Part shown: positions 38,077-49,400 of the stretch, one piece after another
Layout: each line of letters begins with the position of its first letter
How positions within the stretch are numbered: position 1 is the stretch's first letter
From: Raillietiella orientalis
Lineage: Eukaryota
DNA length: 64,000 nt
Assembly (NCBI GenBank): GCA_036172245.1
Contig: JAYWIR010000045.1
Span: 124,001-188,000, forward strand
Direction of reading: 5' to 3'
Translations under genes and position numbers: made by a program
Notes under the pieces: generated by a model
What the model was told of the DNA's origin: nothing
The model's database searches: none
Seen by the model: only the letters and a program-made list of their open reading frames with translations

Positions 38077-39328
38077 TATGCTGGAGCGGGACGCGGGGGA
38101 AGGTCGAATCCCAGCTGCCCCCGGACTCGTAGGATGCTGTGGCGTTGAGGCTTCAGAGGACAGGGACGAGAAGAACGACCACCTAACAGAAGAGATCAGG
38201 CGGGAAGGAGCGAGGAAAAAGGGAGAGAGGTTCCTTTCTTTCGGTTGCTGGCTGAATGGTGGAGTGTCTCCAGGGCAAAAGGAGCGTCTCCCTTCCTGGG
38301 TTCAGCTTTGGGATCGGTTGGGATGTGGGCACGGACGTAGCGAGATGGATGCTTTCCTTCCCTGGCTCTTTCTGGGTTTTCGGTGCCGAGCAAAGCTCTC
38401 CAAACACATTTTCGTGATCCTAGAAAAATTCCTGGAGCTTTCTAGAGCTTTTGCAAGTCCGCCTAGAGCGTTTGGTCAGGGACTTTGCTTCCTCCTCATC
38501 TCTCATCCTTTTCGTCCGGCAGAACTTTCCTAAATCATAGGCACCAGGCTCTCCAGTTTCAATGTTTTACTGCGGAACTTCTCGGAAGGCTTTCCCGAGA
38601 TGCGCCAGACGAGATGCAATTCCTGGCTGGTGGTCACTCCAGCGGAGCCGCGCGCGGTGCGGCTCTGGCAAGCCACGTTCGCTAAAGAGTGTCTTCTGCT
38701 CGTTTTCGGAGCCGGGATGTCGCCGCCCCCAGTTCGTCCGGGAACAGAAAGGGATCTCGTCCAGAACAGGAGCTCTTCCAATCTGCTCTTCTCTCGCGCT
38801 TGTGAATTCTGGAGGACCGGAAGAAGCATTCCGAAGGTGACCTTGAGCAAGTCCTTGGTCATGTCCCACCCGTCGTGGATCGTTCCCTCCTCCTCCCCCC
38901 TTTTCTCTTGCCTAGACACGAGTGTTCTACGCGGGCCTCGCAGCTACGCAACCGACAGCCGTTTCCCCGCACCGGAGTCTCCAGGTTCAACGTGCTGCTC
39001 TTCGGCAAAAACCGACTGCGTCGACGGGGACCCTACGGGGAGGCGCTCCCCTCCCCTCCTCCTCCTCCTTGTTTTCCTGCCTCCTCTTGTGGAGAACTCG
39101 AGCGTTGAGAAGAGCGACGGCGGGTGCTGGGGGCAACCGATTCCGGTTTCTTCTTCCCCCATCCCCTTCCCTCCGAATTGCGAGCCTCCCTTCTGTCCAG
39201 CCTCTGTTACTCTTCCTCTCTGTACCCGCCAATTCAGGCATCTTTCTTGAGATCACTCCACCAATCTACCCATCTCTTGTGATGCGACGATTCTCGAGTC
39301 AGTTTTTTTCCTCTTTCGTCTGTTGCAG

Positions 39329-39419
39329 GAATCCCGAACGACTTAAATTCCTTTTGGAGGCAGTATCCTTGGCTACTTGGCAGGACCGTGTGCAAATTAA
39401 GGGCATTTGTCGCAGAGAT
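39329..39419 (+). CDS. CapaR: Capa/pyrokinin-type GPCR, coding exon 2 (ECL1 and start of TM3); not in the supplied ORF track
   Basis: Acceptor ttgcag| after a polypyrimidine tract. Reads (G)IPNDLNSFWRQYPWLLGRTVCKLRAFVAE(M). Donor AT|GTAAGT. The 91-nt length matches phase 1 in and phase 2 out. Confidence 0.93.
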
Positions 39420-39736
39420 GTAAGTACCTGTGCTTTCCCTCCAGCGCTCCGATTTCCCCCGGCGAGCTGGAAGGACAATGAGGGCGAGGGGCGGAAGTCT
39501 GCGAGGTGTCCGTGTGTCGTTCGTCCCCGAAGCGGACGCAAGGAGTCAGCGAGGAGGTCACGACCTAGCGCTGGCCCGAGTCTCGCAAGGAACGAGACAT
39601 CCGAAAAGAAGCAGAAAGCGCGACGACCGCCTCCTCCTCTTCTTTTCCTCCTCCTCGCCCCCCTCCCCCGGGCCTTCGCTGAGCCGCAGCAGCAGCAGCC
39701 CGGAGCTCCACTGAGCGCCGGCGGCCCTCTTTCTAG

Positions 39737-40185
39737 GACGTCCTACTCCTCCGTCCTCGTGATTGTGGCTTTCTCCGCGGAGCGCTTCCTGGCCACCTGC
39801 TACCCCCTGCAGTCATACACCATGTCGGGACTGAGGAGGGCCCTGAAGATCATCATGGTGATCTGGCTGACATCCAGCCTCTTCTCTTTGCCGTTCGCCA
39901 TCTACACGGAGATCAACTACGTGGACAGGCCGCTGGGAAGCAAGAAGTACCTCCAGGAGTCCAGCTTCTGCGCTCTCCTCGACGAGAACAAGCCGTACTA
40001 CCTGCCCCTCTACGAGATCAGCGCGTTCGTATTCTTCCTGGTCCCCGTGGTCATCATCACTGCGTTCTACATCCGGATAGCCGCGACGGTGAAGCTGAGC
40101 ATCTCCTCGATGAAGGGGGGCTACGAGTATTCCGTCCACGAATCCAAGCTGAACTCGTCGAAGATCGCCATCATCAGGATGCTCG
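39737..40185 (+). CDS. CapaR: Capa/pyrokinin-type GPCR, coding exon 3 (TM3-TM5, ICL3)
   Basis: Acceptor ttctag|G. Reads TSYSSVLVIVAFSAERFLATCYPL...SFCA...FFLVPVVIITAFYIRI...IIRML. Donor G|GTAAT at 40186. 449 nt, phases 2 and 1. Confidence 0.95.
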
Positions 40186-40695
40186 GTAATCGAGAGATTT
40201 TCGTTTCTTCTTCTTCCCTCTCTCTCCTTTCTTCCTACTGCGTTCTGCCGCGGGCGGTTCTCCGTGGTAGGAGGATTGCACTCCTGCGTCTTCTGGGGCT
40301 TCCTCTCCCTCAGCAGCATTTCCTCCGCGATCGACCCTACTCGAGGTTTTTGGGTCCTTCCGATCGGTGGTTCTCTCTCCTCTCAGCCCCTCCCCCTCGT
40401 CCACCTCTTCTCTTCCTCCCCCAGGCAATGGATCGGGAGGAACTTTTCTGACTGTGCAGGCGATCCTCCCCGGCGGGGGCAGGGGATCTGCCAAGCGACG
40501 TCGGCAGCGGATCGTCATCTACGCTGCGGCAATCCACCGCGCGAGGAGGAGGTAGAGGGAGCCGGTCGGCTCCTGGAGCGGAGGGTGTGCGTCCTTCCTT
40601 CCGAATCCTCCCCAAGATCGGTCTACCTGGAAGAGGAGGAAGAGGGAGGACGGAGGAAGCCCTCCCCCCCCTAACGGCCATTCATTTCGTTCCAG

Positions 40696-41066
40696 CGGCC
40701 GTGGTCATCGCGTTCTTCTTGTGCTGGGCTCCTTTCCACGCGCAGAGGCTGATGTACGTGTACGGAAAGAACGCCGCCAACTTCCGCTACATCAACGAGA
40801 AGCTGTTCCTCATCACTGGGGTGTTTTACTACATCTCGGCAACCATCAATCCCATCCTGTACAACCTGATGTCAGCCAAGTACAGAGACGGCTTCCGCAA
40901 GGTCCTCAGATTAGAAAGGATCCACGAAGGATCGCACCACGCTTCCTTCAGCTATCACAGCAGCCAGGGGGTCCAGAGGAAGAGGAATATCGTCACTTAC
41001 AAGCGTTGGAGACCTCAGAGGACCACGGAGCTGTTCCAGAGCTGCGCTGTCGATACGGAAAACTAG
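40696..41066 (+). CDS. CapaR: Capa/pyrokinin-type GPCR, coding exon 4 (TM6-TM7, C-tail)
   Basis: Acceptor ttccag|CG. Reads AVVIAFFLCWAPFHAQRL (PRXamide-receptor signature) and INPILYNLMSAKYRDGF (NPxxY). TAG at 41064-41066. Confidence 0.95.
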
Positions 41067-41179
41067 TTCTCTGCTCCGATGGGGTCGGTCGTTGTCCGTC
41101 GTGCGACCGTAGGTCGCTGCGAAACCGGATGCCGCCTGCATCCTTCGGGATGACGTCGCCTTTGCTTCTTTCTCTCTCT

Positions 41180-41900
41180 TTTTTTTACAGAAAATAAAAA
41201 GGGTCAAGCCGACAACAGGGGCGCATCTTTCCCCGGAGTGTTTTGGATAGCACAGTCTCCTCCCCTTTCCAGAGAGACTGGGAGAGGCTGGAGCGTTCCG
41301 AGCACTTGACCCCGGAGCCGAAGTCCAAACAGCCGGTGCTCCACCAGTAAGAAGGGGAAGGATTCGAGCCTCCTGTGTGGCCTTTTGGTGGTTTGCATGT
41401 GACCGGGAGAGGTCGCGTCTCTCCGGTCGGACCCGGAGGCAAGGACGGCAGAGCCAGTCGACGTCGGTCGACGCGTGCGTGGGCGAAGGAAGCGCGTCGG
41501 TCCCTCCTCGTGAGTGAGGAATCACCTGGAGGCGCGTCGGTGATGGCGGTGCCTCGGGAAGACGAAGGCGGCGAAGTAAGAGGCTGCTCTGAGGGGCAGC
41601 CCGCGCGGTAGAGGACCGTGCCACCTCCGGACCGGAGGGCGGGTCTGCCGTCGCCTGGTACTCTGCCAGCTCTCAGTAGAGTCCGACGTTCCTCGCGCGC
41701 CCTTCGAGAGCGCGAAGAGAGCAGCATAAGCGATAGTTGCTGTCTGGAGTCGTCCGAAAGATGTTTCCCTCTCTATCTCTTCCGATTCTGGGATGCATGC
41801 GCTGAGCTTCCGCGAGCAGCAGCCACCTTCCTCTCCTGGGTTTCGCCGGCAGCATCTTCACCATGGCGTTCCAGAGGGAGGCTTGGGAAAATCCGGGAAC
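41180..41900 (-). mobile_element. Decayed 3' part of a LINE just downstream of the GPCR stop
   Basis: Minus-strand 'WLCRPC...GETRPLPVTC' (CxxC..ETxxH..C-like) followed by a T-rich tract. Confidence 0.4.
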
Positions 41901-42449
41901 TTGAAGCTGCATAACTTGAGGACGCTGCGCAAACATTTGTTCCTATCCTCAGACTATGCCGGACGGCACCTGAGCGAGACGAGGGCGGACGCAGTGAGTG
42001 AGAGCAAACAGGTTCCATTCTTTCCTGAGGCATATGTTCGATCTGCGGATCCTCCAGAGAGTATCCTACGCTTGGCAACGCACGCTGGAGTTGTGTCCCT
42101 CTCATCCAGAACCCGGGAAATCATTGCGGTTTTCCATCGTCCTCCTTTTCTCTGACCTCTTCTTCCCTCGTCGGGAAGCTCCGAAGTCACGTAGAGGAGG
42201 CTGCGGATGACGCGGTCGCCGAGAACCCGGAAAGGGAAGCAATCGAGGCGCTAATAAAAACCGGTCGGGTGAATTTTCTCCGGAAAGGGACACGGCTGTC
42301 GAAAATGGGAGGGGAAGGGAGACGAAAGGATGACAGGAGGGGGGAAGGCTCTCGTGAACTGGGGACGTAGGTCACACGGCGGCACCCAGGAGACGACTTG
42401 TCGTTCTGCCAGAGTGCCTTCACCACCCCTGTCCGTCCTTCCTTTCTCC

Positions 42450-42880
42450 GGTGCGTAATTACTTGTAAGAATGGTCTTCAGCCAGTCCTTCAGCTAGGGA
42501 CATTTGGCACAGAAGGGACAGGCAAATAATACGACTGGGATCTTCCCGCCCTGCAACAATGGCGTGACTGCCGTCATCCTCAGCACGGAGGGTGAGATGC
42601 AATAAGGGAAGTTACTGTTACATGCTCGGGAAAATTCTTCTCACGCAATGATCAATCCATCATCTGGACGCACTTAATCACCAGCATTTACCTTTTTTTT
42701 TTTTTTCTTCCTTCCTCCTCCTTTCTCTTTTTTTTTGAGAATTAATCAGGTTGCCTCGCTGCTGACGGAGCCAAAATATAGGAGCAGGTTGCAGGCTGCA
42801 AGGAGTGTGCCAGAACGGTCGATCCGAATCAGGGGCGAGAAAGGGGACTGGCATGACAGGGTGACACGGATTCATGGGGA
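42450..42880 (+). pseudogene. Possible EGF-repeat relic
   Basis: 'TCKNG', 'PPCNNG..DCR' (followed by a GTGAG donor at ~42593) and 'GVCQNGR' give three CxNG motifs, with frameshifts. Confidence 0.3.
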
Positions 42881-42899
42881 TCCTGTGTCACGTGAACGT

Positions 42900-43430
42900 A
42901 GTTCGGTTTGGGGTGCTGAGAGATTGCGGAAGCCTCTCGGGATGGAACGCCTAGCCTGCCCATCCCCCCTCTCGGAGAAGACGCAGACCACGTACCTCTC
43001 TCGGGCTCGCTCCGCGCATCCCGAGAGAGGCACGCGGACACGGATGACGCAATTGCGCTCCGGAACAGCAAGATGCATTTGTCTTGAAGCAGATTCAAGA
43101 GATGCGATGCACCCATCTCGCGCGATTTCACAATCCGTATCCCGCCAGTTTGATCTCCTGATTAGGGAGTTTTTTTCAGGATGACAAGAGACTGCTCGTG
43201 CCTTGTCCCACGCGGGGGATTCCGAGAGACGTGGCGAGCCGCAACTTCGACGGACGACAACGAAGGGCACTGCTGACGCCCAGAGGTCGCCGTGGCAGAG
43301 ATCGGGAATCTCTGGTGCATCGGCGCGTCGGAAATCATGTAGCCGCGGTCTCCGCGCATGGCACCAAGCGTTGCTGTTTTGAACTCCACCCGGGGAAGGA
43401 TCGACCTTACAGATGGCAGAAGGAAAGCAT
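42900..43430 (-). mobile_element. LINE RT N-terminal relic
   Basis: Minus-strand 'PRVEFK' then 'SNWR..DCEIAR...ASHLLNLL' (cf. NWRPISLLxxDxKI..xRL). Confidence 0.55.
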
Positions 43431-43457
43431 CGACTCCAGAGAAATGATGGTGCAGCG

Positions 43458-44900
43458 TGGGTTCGAGTTCCCTCCGCAAGATGACGCTGGCTGGTCTGTG
43501 AGTTTCGGGCGTGGCACTCGTGAAAGCAGCCGGAAACGCCAGGATACTACCCCGTTGAGCAGCCGAGATTTGGAAGTTGACCCTCCGAGGTCTTTCCAGG
43601 AATCAAGGGGACGGTTTCCTTCGGGGTTCTCCTCCGGTTGTGAAAATAAAGCCGTGTCTCTCCCCCATCTCAAGATGGGACCACCATCTTGTACCACGGA
43701 GCTGGTTGATATCTTCCTCGATGGTTGTCTCTCCAGAGTGTTCAGAAGCACGGCTGCTCCCTTCAGGAAGCGACTCTTTGGTGAAATTTGGAAGAGTGAC
43801 TTCGGGGCTCTCTTCAGAGGAGGGAACAGGAAGCGGTTTCTTTCCAGGAAGTCCATTCGGAGAAGAAATTCCAATTCCAGGAGCGGATCCTTTCGTGGTT
43901 CCCTCTGGAGAGAATAAGAAAGAGGAGGTTCCCTTTGGGGTTTCCTCCCAAGTGCAGAGGGAACGGATGCCTTCCTCCAGAGCCTTCCTAGATTCATAGG
44001 GTGGTCCCCTTCCAGAGCACCCTCTAACTTGAAGAATGAACGCGTCTCTCGTGTGGCGTGGACAGTGTTAAAGAGATTCATGAGTCTTCAGGAGCGCGAT
44101 GGTTTTTAAGGTACTCAGCGAGTCCCCTTCTCCGAAGAAAAACGCAAAAAAAACTCTGAAAAAAAAGCTGGAAGGAAAACAGAGAACACAAAAGTCGGGA
44201 ACTGGCTGAAGACTGGGTAGAGGAGGAACTTTGCGTAAAGAGAGAAGGCATCTGATGCTTGGGCAGCATGTCACCGTGTGCCGTGCCATCACAAGAGACC
44301 CACTGCTGGTGGAAACCACCTTTGCTTCCAAAATGCACCCCATCACCCTCACCGAAGCTGAAACTGCATGCAGCGGATCTTCAGAGCTCGGACGAGATCT
44401 CGGTTCTTCGAAGCGCTTGCTGTCCTTCCTCCTTGCCAACAGTCCATTTCTTGCTGAGAGTCGACGAGGATGGTTACTTCGCCTGGAGGAATCTCCCATC
44501 CCGAGTAGGGGGGAATGAAATTTCGCCGAGAAAGTGCTTTGGAGTAGGACGAAGATGGATGTTTTCCTCCGTCGCTCTTCATGGAGCATGAGCAGAGTTC
44601 GTTTTAGCTCGAAAATTTCATTCGCTGACTGCCACAGAAGAAGCACCTGTCCAGTTGACAAGAACGTTTGCTCTTGCAGGTGAACAGCCACAGTTGTGAA
44701 ATCGAAAATCCCATGGGTTTGGTGTCCAAAGGAATTTTGCTGAAGGTCCCGCTTCCGAACCAAACCATAGCTAAAGATTTGTTTTTGCTCGCCTTCACTG
44801 TCCAAGGAATCTTCTCTGTGCCCAGGGTCCAGAGCATTTTTCGTGGGCGGATGCAAGCGATGAGATAGAGACGGAAGAAGAGGTTAAGAAATGGCATCTT
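43458..44900 (-). mobile_element. LINE family C, 3' part plus ~700-bp downstream module B
   Basis: Knuckle relic 'MARHTVTCCP' (~44260-44290), T-rich tract, then module B (44150 down to 43458), which is homologous to 53195-53800 and 57838-58740 (shared 'ccaggaatcaaggggacggtt'). Confidence 0.7.
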
Positions 44901-44924
44901 ACAGCAACTACGCATACTTACGAG

Positions 44925-45395
44925 ACAAGGAACCCACTCATAAACTCATCTGAACATTTATGAGCAAATGCACTTGATTGTTTCATCCAAAAGAATTATC
45001 CAGAAGAATATTATGACAGCTTTCCCATCCCCACGAAATGGCTCCCATTATCTTCGGAAAGTGCATCTCCTGTTTACCCTCAAGGATAGAAATCAGGGGC
45101 TGTAAAAGTCAGTTGACGTAGGTAGACAAATATCCTGTAGAATTATTCGATCATATGATGCAGCAGCACAATCTTCATCACTTGCGTTGCTGAACACCAT
45201 CCTGCGGAAGATACAGTGATGGCGTTTCTTTTCATTACCGTGGGAATGAAGAACCAACTCAGCAACATTTCGGATTCATAGTTGTGTGGATTGGAGTATT
45301 TATTCGAGTTGTTGATATGTGTTACCACATGGAACTCTTGTGATCGCTCAAATCTTGCAATCTCGAGTGAACCATCCGTCAACAGAAACAAAGAA
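44925..45395 (-). pseudogene. Trypsin-like serine protease pseudogene fragment
   Basis: Minus strand, in order: 'SQEFHVVTHI..NKYSNPHNYES' + 'VAELVL' (DIA region), 'LYLP', 'GAISWGWESC' (GxxSWGxxC) and 'VYEWV'. Frameshifted, and no GDSGGP is visible. Confidence 0.6.
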
Positions 45396-46684
45396 ACATG
45401 TCTGGACTGTGTTTGCAGACTGTCAACACTAACGAAGGCGTTATAAAACTAGCAGGAAGAGAAAAGGAGATCACAATCCAGAGAAAGCAACGTAACATAA
45501 TGAGTAAGAATTTCATGTGACTGTGCTGAAAGCCGTGCCGTAAATACAAACATGTCTGTGTACCATCAGTGCATCTGGAAGCGTACAGACTCGTTTCTGT
45601 CGAATGTCTGACACTTCGCTCTTGTGCCTTTCAAATTACCTTTCGATTTTATTAACTGATTTCCAGAGTGTTTTGAACCGTCAAATGGATTGCTTATTTT
45701 GGTATCAAGTCATCATGAACTCAGCACTAACCATTCATTCCGATCACTGACTTTGAATTTCCTCGACATTCTCATTCCGGAAAAAAGTTTTCGAAAAAAG
45801 TAGTCAGGGATGCTGAGACCACCTTGAACAGTCAGATCCGAAAGCCTTCTGGTTTGCATATCCTTGTCGCCTTCTCGAATCCCCCGAGCAAAGGTCCCGA
45901 ACTTTCAGGTAGCAGGACCCCCAAAGTGCGTTCTAGGAGCCGATGTTGTCTGACCTTGAACCACATACGGGACGGGAAAACTTGTGAATTGATTTGGCTC
46001 ATTAGATAAAATACCAATTTCACGAGGTTCACATGTGGTCCATCGTACTCTGTTCAAGGGACAACTTGCCGTTCCGACTCTATTAAGAAAGACCGCTGAG
46101 AGCAGGACACATCTATCCCGGAAAAAGCCACTCGTTCAGCGGATGACATCGGAAACAATTTTTCGTGTTCTTGAAAAGCCACGCAGCAGCTGAAACTGCA
46201 AGGAAATATTCCTGATGCATGTGTTTGAGAGGATTAAACTCCTGATTTTACAAATGTAAGACCTCGATCTATCGGAGAATATTAGCAGATATCTATAACG
46301 CACACACCATTATATGTCAACTTCTGGAACTATCATGTGATCTGAAAGCCTACGTGACTGAGTTTCTGGCTCATTTGATGAGACAGTAGTTCTCCGAAGA
46401 AGAGTGGAAAATCTGACTGCACGACAGAGTGATTGATTGTCCCGTGTTTGCTTCATCACACTTCATGGAGCATGAGCGGTTCGTTTCATCCGAAACATTT
46501 GGCAAGAGGTGATGGAAATGAGCCCTGCGTCGAAAAGTCTCGAAAGTGAGAGAGGGTGGCAGCTCTGCTTCCGGGTTCACGTCGTGTTGCGAACGTTTAC
46601 CTGCTCGATCCACATCGACCTACCACTGCCATTTACGTTGGCGCCTCATTCGGGCAATCCGAACATTCCTCGCCGAGGGAAACA

Positions 46685-46870
46685 GACATTGTGGCGGCGG
46701 TCGCGAAGGTCCGTGTATGCCTTGGCAGGGAGCTACGAAATTTCGAACTGTGGAATCGTCATCAGTGAAGTCTCAGCCAGGGAGATGGACCAGATGCAAA
46801 TGCCCTTCGTAGTGACTCGTAGTGATTCTTTGTGGTGTGGGTGCGCTCTCGTAGAGGAGTGAAAGAAGCT
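46685..46870 (+). pseudogene. Possible trypsin N-terminal relic
   Basis: 'IV/GGG..EGP.MPWQ' then 'NCGIVISE' and 'LWCGCALV' (cf. IVGG..PWQ..CGGxLI), frameshifted. Confidence 0.3.
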
Positions 46871-47200
46871 GCTCGTTCCCGAAGCCGTCGAGTTTTCGAA
46901 TTCTGGAGAATTGGGTGCAGCGAAGAACCGGAAATGAAAGAAGAACGCTGCTGCGTCGGACTCGTTTCTTACGGCAGGCGGGCACGTGCGGTTCCACGCT
47001 GAACAGCACACTGAAGACAAGTCAACCACTCAGAGATGGAGTCCAGCCGTTGAGAAATTGGCAAACTACAAATGTTCACGTGAGCTGATATGAAAAGCGC
47101 GAATCGTTTCTAGGAAACAAAGGAAAATATTTCACACGACAGTTTGTAAAGTTGGCACGCACAATCGTGAATACTGCAGCCTGAACGACCATTGGATCAT

Positions 47201-48585
47201 TCTCACCCGGTTATGCCGGAGCATTTATTACGTTAAGTAATAAAAATACATATTTGTGGTAGAACCGTTGGTTCTACCACGCGCAATGAACCTGCCGAAG
47301 AGCTTTGTGCAGACCGGTGAGGTCCGCTTCGGCAGTGTGGAGGAAGAGAGAACACACACAAAAAAATAAACAAACGAAACAGGAGAGGGGAAATCACACA
47401 CGGGGAGGAAGGTGGGTGAGAACCGAGGAAGGTACGCTGCCAGACATCCTGTTTAGGATGTTGACAAGTTCTGTTCGGATAGTGCCCAGGTGGAGCCATC
47501 TCGAGGCGGCCCTCAGGAAGACTCACGCCTAGTGGATGGCGTCCCTGCCATTCTGGCCTCTTCCCGCGTACTAGGCTGACACAATTCCGCGTACACAGCA
47601 CAGAACTTATAGGGACGCGTCTGGAGGCAGAGCGGCACCGCTCACGAAGAGGTGTCCCTGGGTTGCCCACCGGGATACCTAGCATTGTCACGTAGTGACC
47701 CCAAAGGGGTCACAAGGAAGCACAGTCCAACAGCAGGTGCGCGAGGGTTTCCTTCTTCCCGCACCTGTCGCACGTCCACGCTCCCCCCCGTTTGCAGTGG
47801 TGAAGACGCGTTTCACACGGGATTCCCCCATGCAGCACCAGCAGCGCCGACTCCTGCCACTTGTGGGGGAGGATGCCACTGTTCCAGCACGCTGAGGGCC
47901 AATTCACCTTCTCCGGAGGGATGCCAAGCAGCTCTTCCCAGCGCAAAATTCCTCGGGATGGAGCACTCGGGGTCACAGCGTCCGTCACTTCCCGAGTTGT
48001 CCACGCCCCCCGTGGTTTCTCCCTTGCTGCTATGCAGAAAGTCCCCTCCCACCTTACCGGGTTTACACTGTTCATTGCGTCCCTTAGGGAAGGCAGCACG
48101 GGTGGAGGAGAGTATACAAGGCTCATCGCATATGCTGTGGGTTGCAGACGATCTCCTCCAACGACATGCGAGTGATGACGCCTCGCTGCAGGCAGGCATA
48201 CCCCGCCTCGCTCGCGCCGTGGATCTTTCCCCAGGCGAAGACCGACTCCTGAGGCCAGGCATTGCAGTTCGCTGGAAGGCAGGAGATCCAGGTGTTTTCC
48301 TCCACCAGGGCAACCATCTGGAGGAGTTGGTATCCTCAGAGCCTTAGCAATCTCTCGCTAGCGACGAGGAGGGATGTGAGTCCTTCGCAACCGGTTGCGC
48401 TCTTCGCGAGGAGCCGTGCTGGTGCGCACCAGGGCGTGGTCCATAGTCTCGCCACGAGGGCGAGTCTTCTAATTGGTCGATGCTCCCCTCTACCCCGGCT
48501 TGTCTGATCAACAAATGGCGCGCGTAGATTGCCGCGCACATCTCGATGACCAGATTGGTGCTTCCGTTCGGCGCACCTGACAGCA
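47201..48585 (-). mobile_element. L1/Tx1-like LINE, 3' part (divergent relative of family A)
   Basis: 'VLHGGIPCETRLHH...WTCDRCGKKETLAHLLLDC', T-rich UTR, 11-bp hairpin, AATAAA and terminal hairpin at 47201-47280. Confidence 0.8.
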
Positions 48586-48588
48586 AAG

Positions 48589-49400
48589 TTTTCCACCCGG
48601 TCATGCCGGGGAGTTTATTTTATAAAAAATAAACCAGAAAGAAAAGAAGAAAAGGAAAGGGTTCACCGGCACACAGGCCGGGATAACAGAGAGTCCGGAA
48701 CGGGGGAGGAACAAGAGAACAAAAATAAACAAAATGGGTGGGAAGGGGCAGAGATCTTTGGTTTCGCTCCATATTCACCGGGATAAAAACGAAAAGCACC
48801 AAGAAAGTAACAGAGCAAATGTAAGTGGGAAATATGAAAAAAAAAATAAAGGGAGAGAGGGGACAAGTATCACCAGGTCTGCCGTCCCAAACCGTCCATC
48901 AAGCGGCGATGGATGCCGGTTCTTTCCTCCTCGATTTCCTCTTCCAGGTGAGGCCAGCTCTCAGCCGTGTTGTTGTAGGTGACTACCAGCCTGGACTACC
49001 ATCCACCTTTGCTGCGTAGTCATTTGAAGCACCTAATGTCGGGCCCCAGCCATGGCATAGATGCAACCCATGGTTGCTATCATCGCACCTGTCGAGAGGC
49101 CTCTTGGCGCAAAGAACCGCCGCAGCATGTCTCGGACGGTGTCCACCCCATGCAGGAGTGTTGTTGCAGCCTCCGCCACAGTTCTTGGAGGGCATCGCAG
49201 TCCAGAAGCAGGTGCGGCGGATCGACTTCGCCGACCCGCACCTTTCACAATTCGGGGGTGCAGGCCCTCCGGCAACTCGGTGCTGTCGCTCATTACACTG
49301 GAATGGCCAGTGGATGAACAGCAGCACGTCCTGTTTCCAAGAAGGGGGAACAACGAGCCAAGAGGAACCACAAGTTCTTCAGAGGCAACATTCAGAAGTC
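48589..49400 (-). mobile_element. L1/Tx1-like LINE, 3' part (another divergent copy, abutting the previous one)
   Basis: 'FQCNERQHR...PNCERCGS...HLLLDC', T-rich UTR, and AATAAA-ctc-cccgg-catga-ccggg-tggaaaa at the end. Confidence 0.8.

Larger units (their letters stand above)
36370..39250 (-). mobile_element. Decayed L1/Tx1-like element (ORF1-like region, APE, RT) in GPCR intron 1
   Basis: Minus-strand order: GC-rich ORF1-like stretch (38100-39200), 'LLLPGDFDAI' (~37460-37490, APE GDFN), then RT relics 'SLVASLLTLPNVL' and 'LEVMARGKFTKW..L' (36670-36930). Confidence 0.55.

Noticed and set aside
38440..38500. 'PRAFGQGLC' as the missing GPCR ECL1 exon
   Set aside because: It lacks splice sites, and the true exon with QYPW..G..VCK is at 39329-39419.
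38922..40451. 509-aa ORF read as a single protein
   Set aside because: Only 39737-40185 is GPCR-like. The flanks are intronic or TE read-through, and canonical splice sites define the exon.
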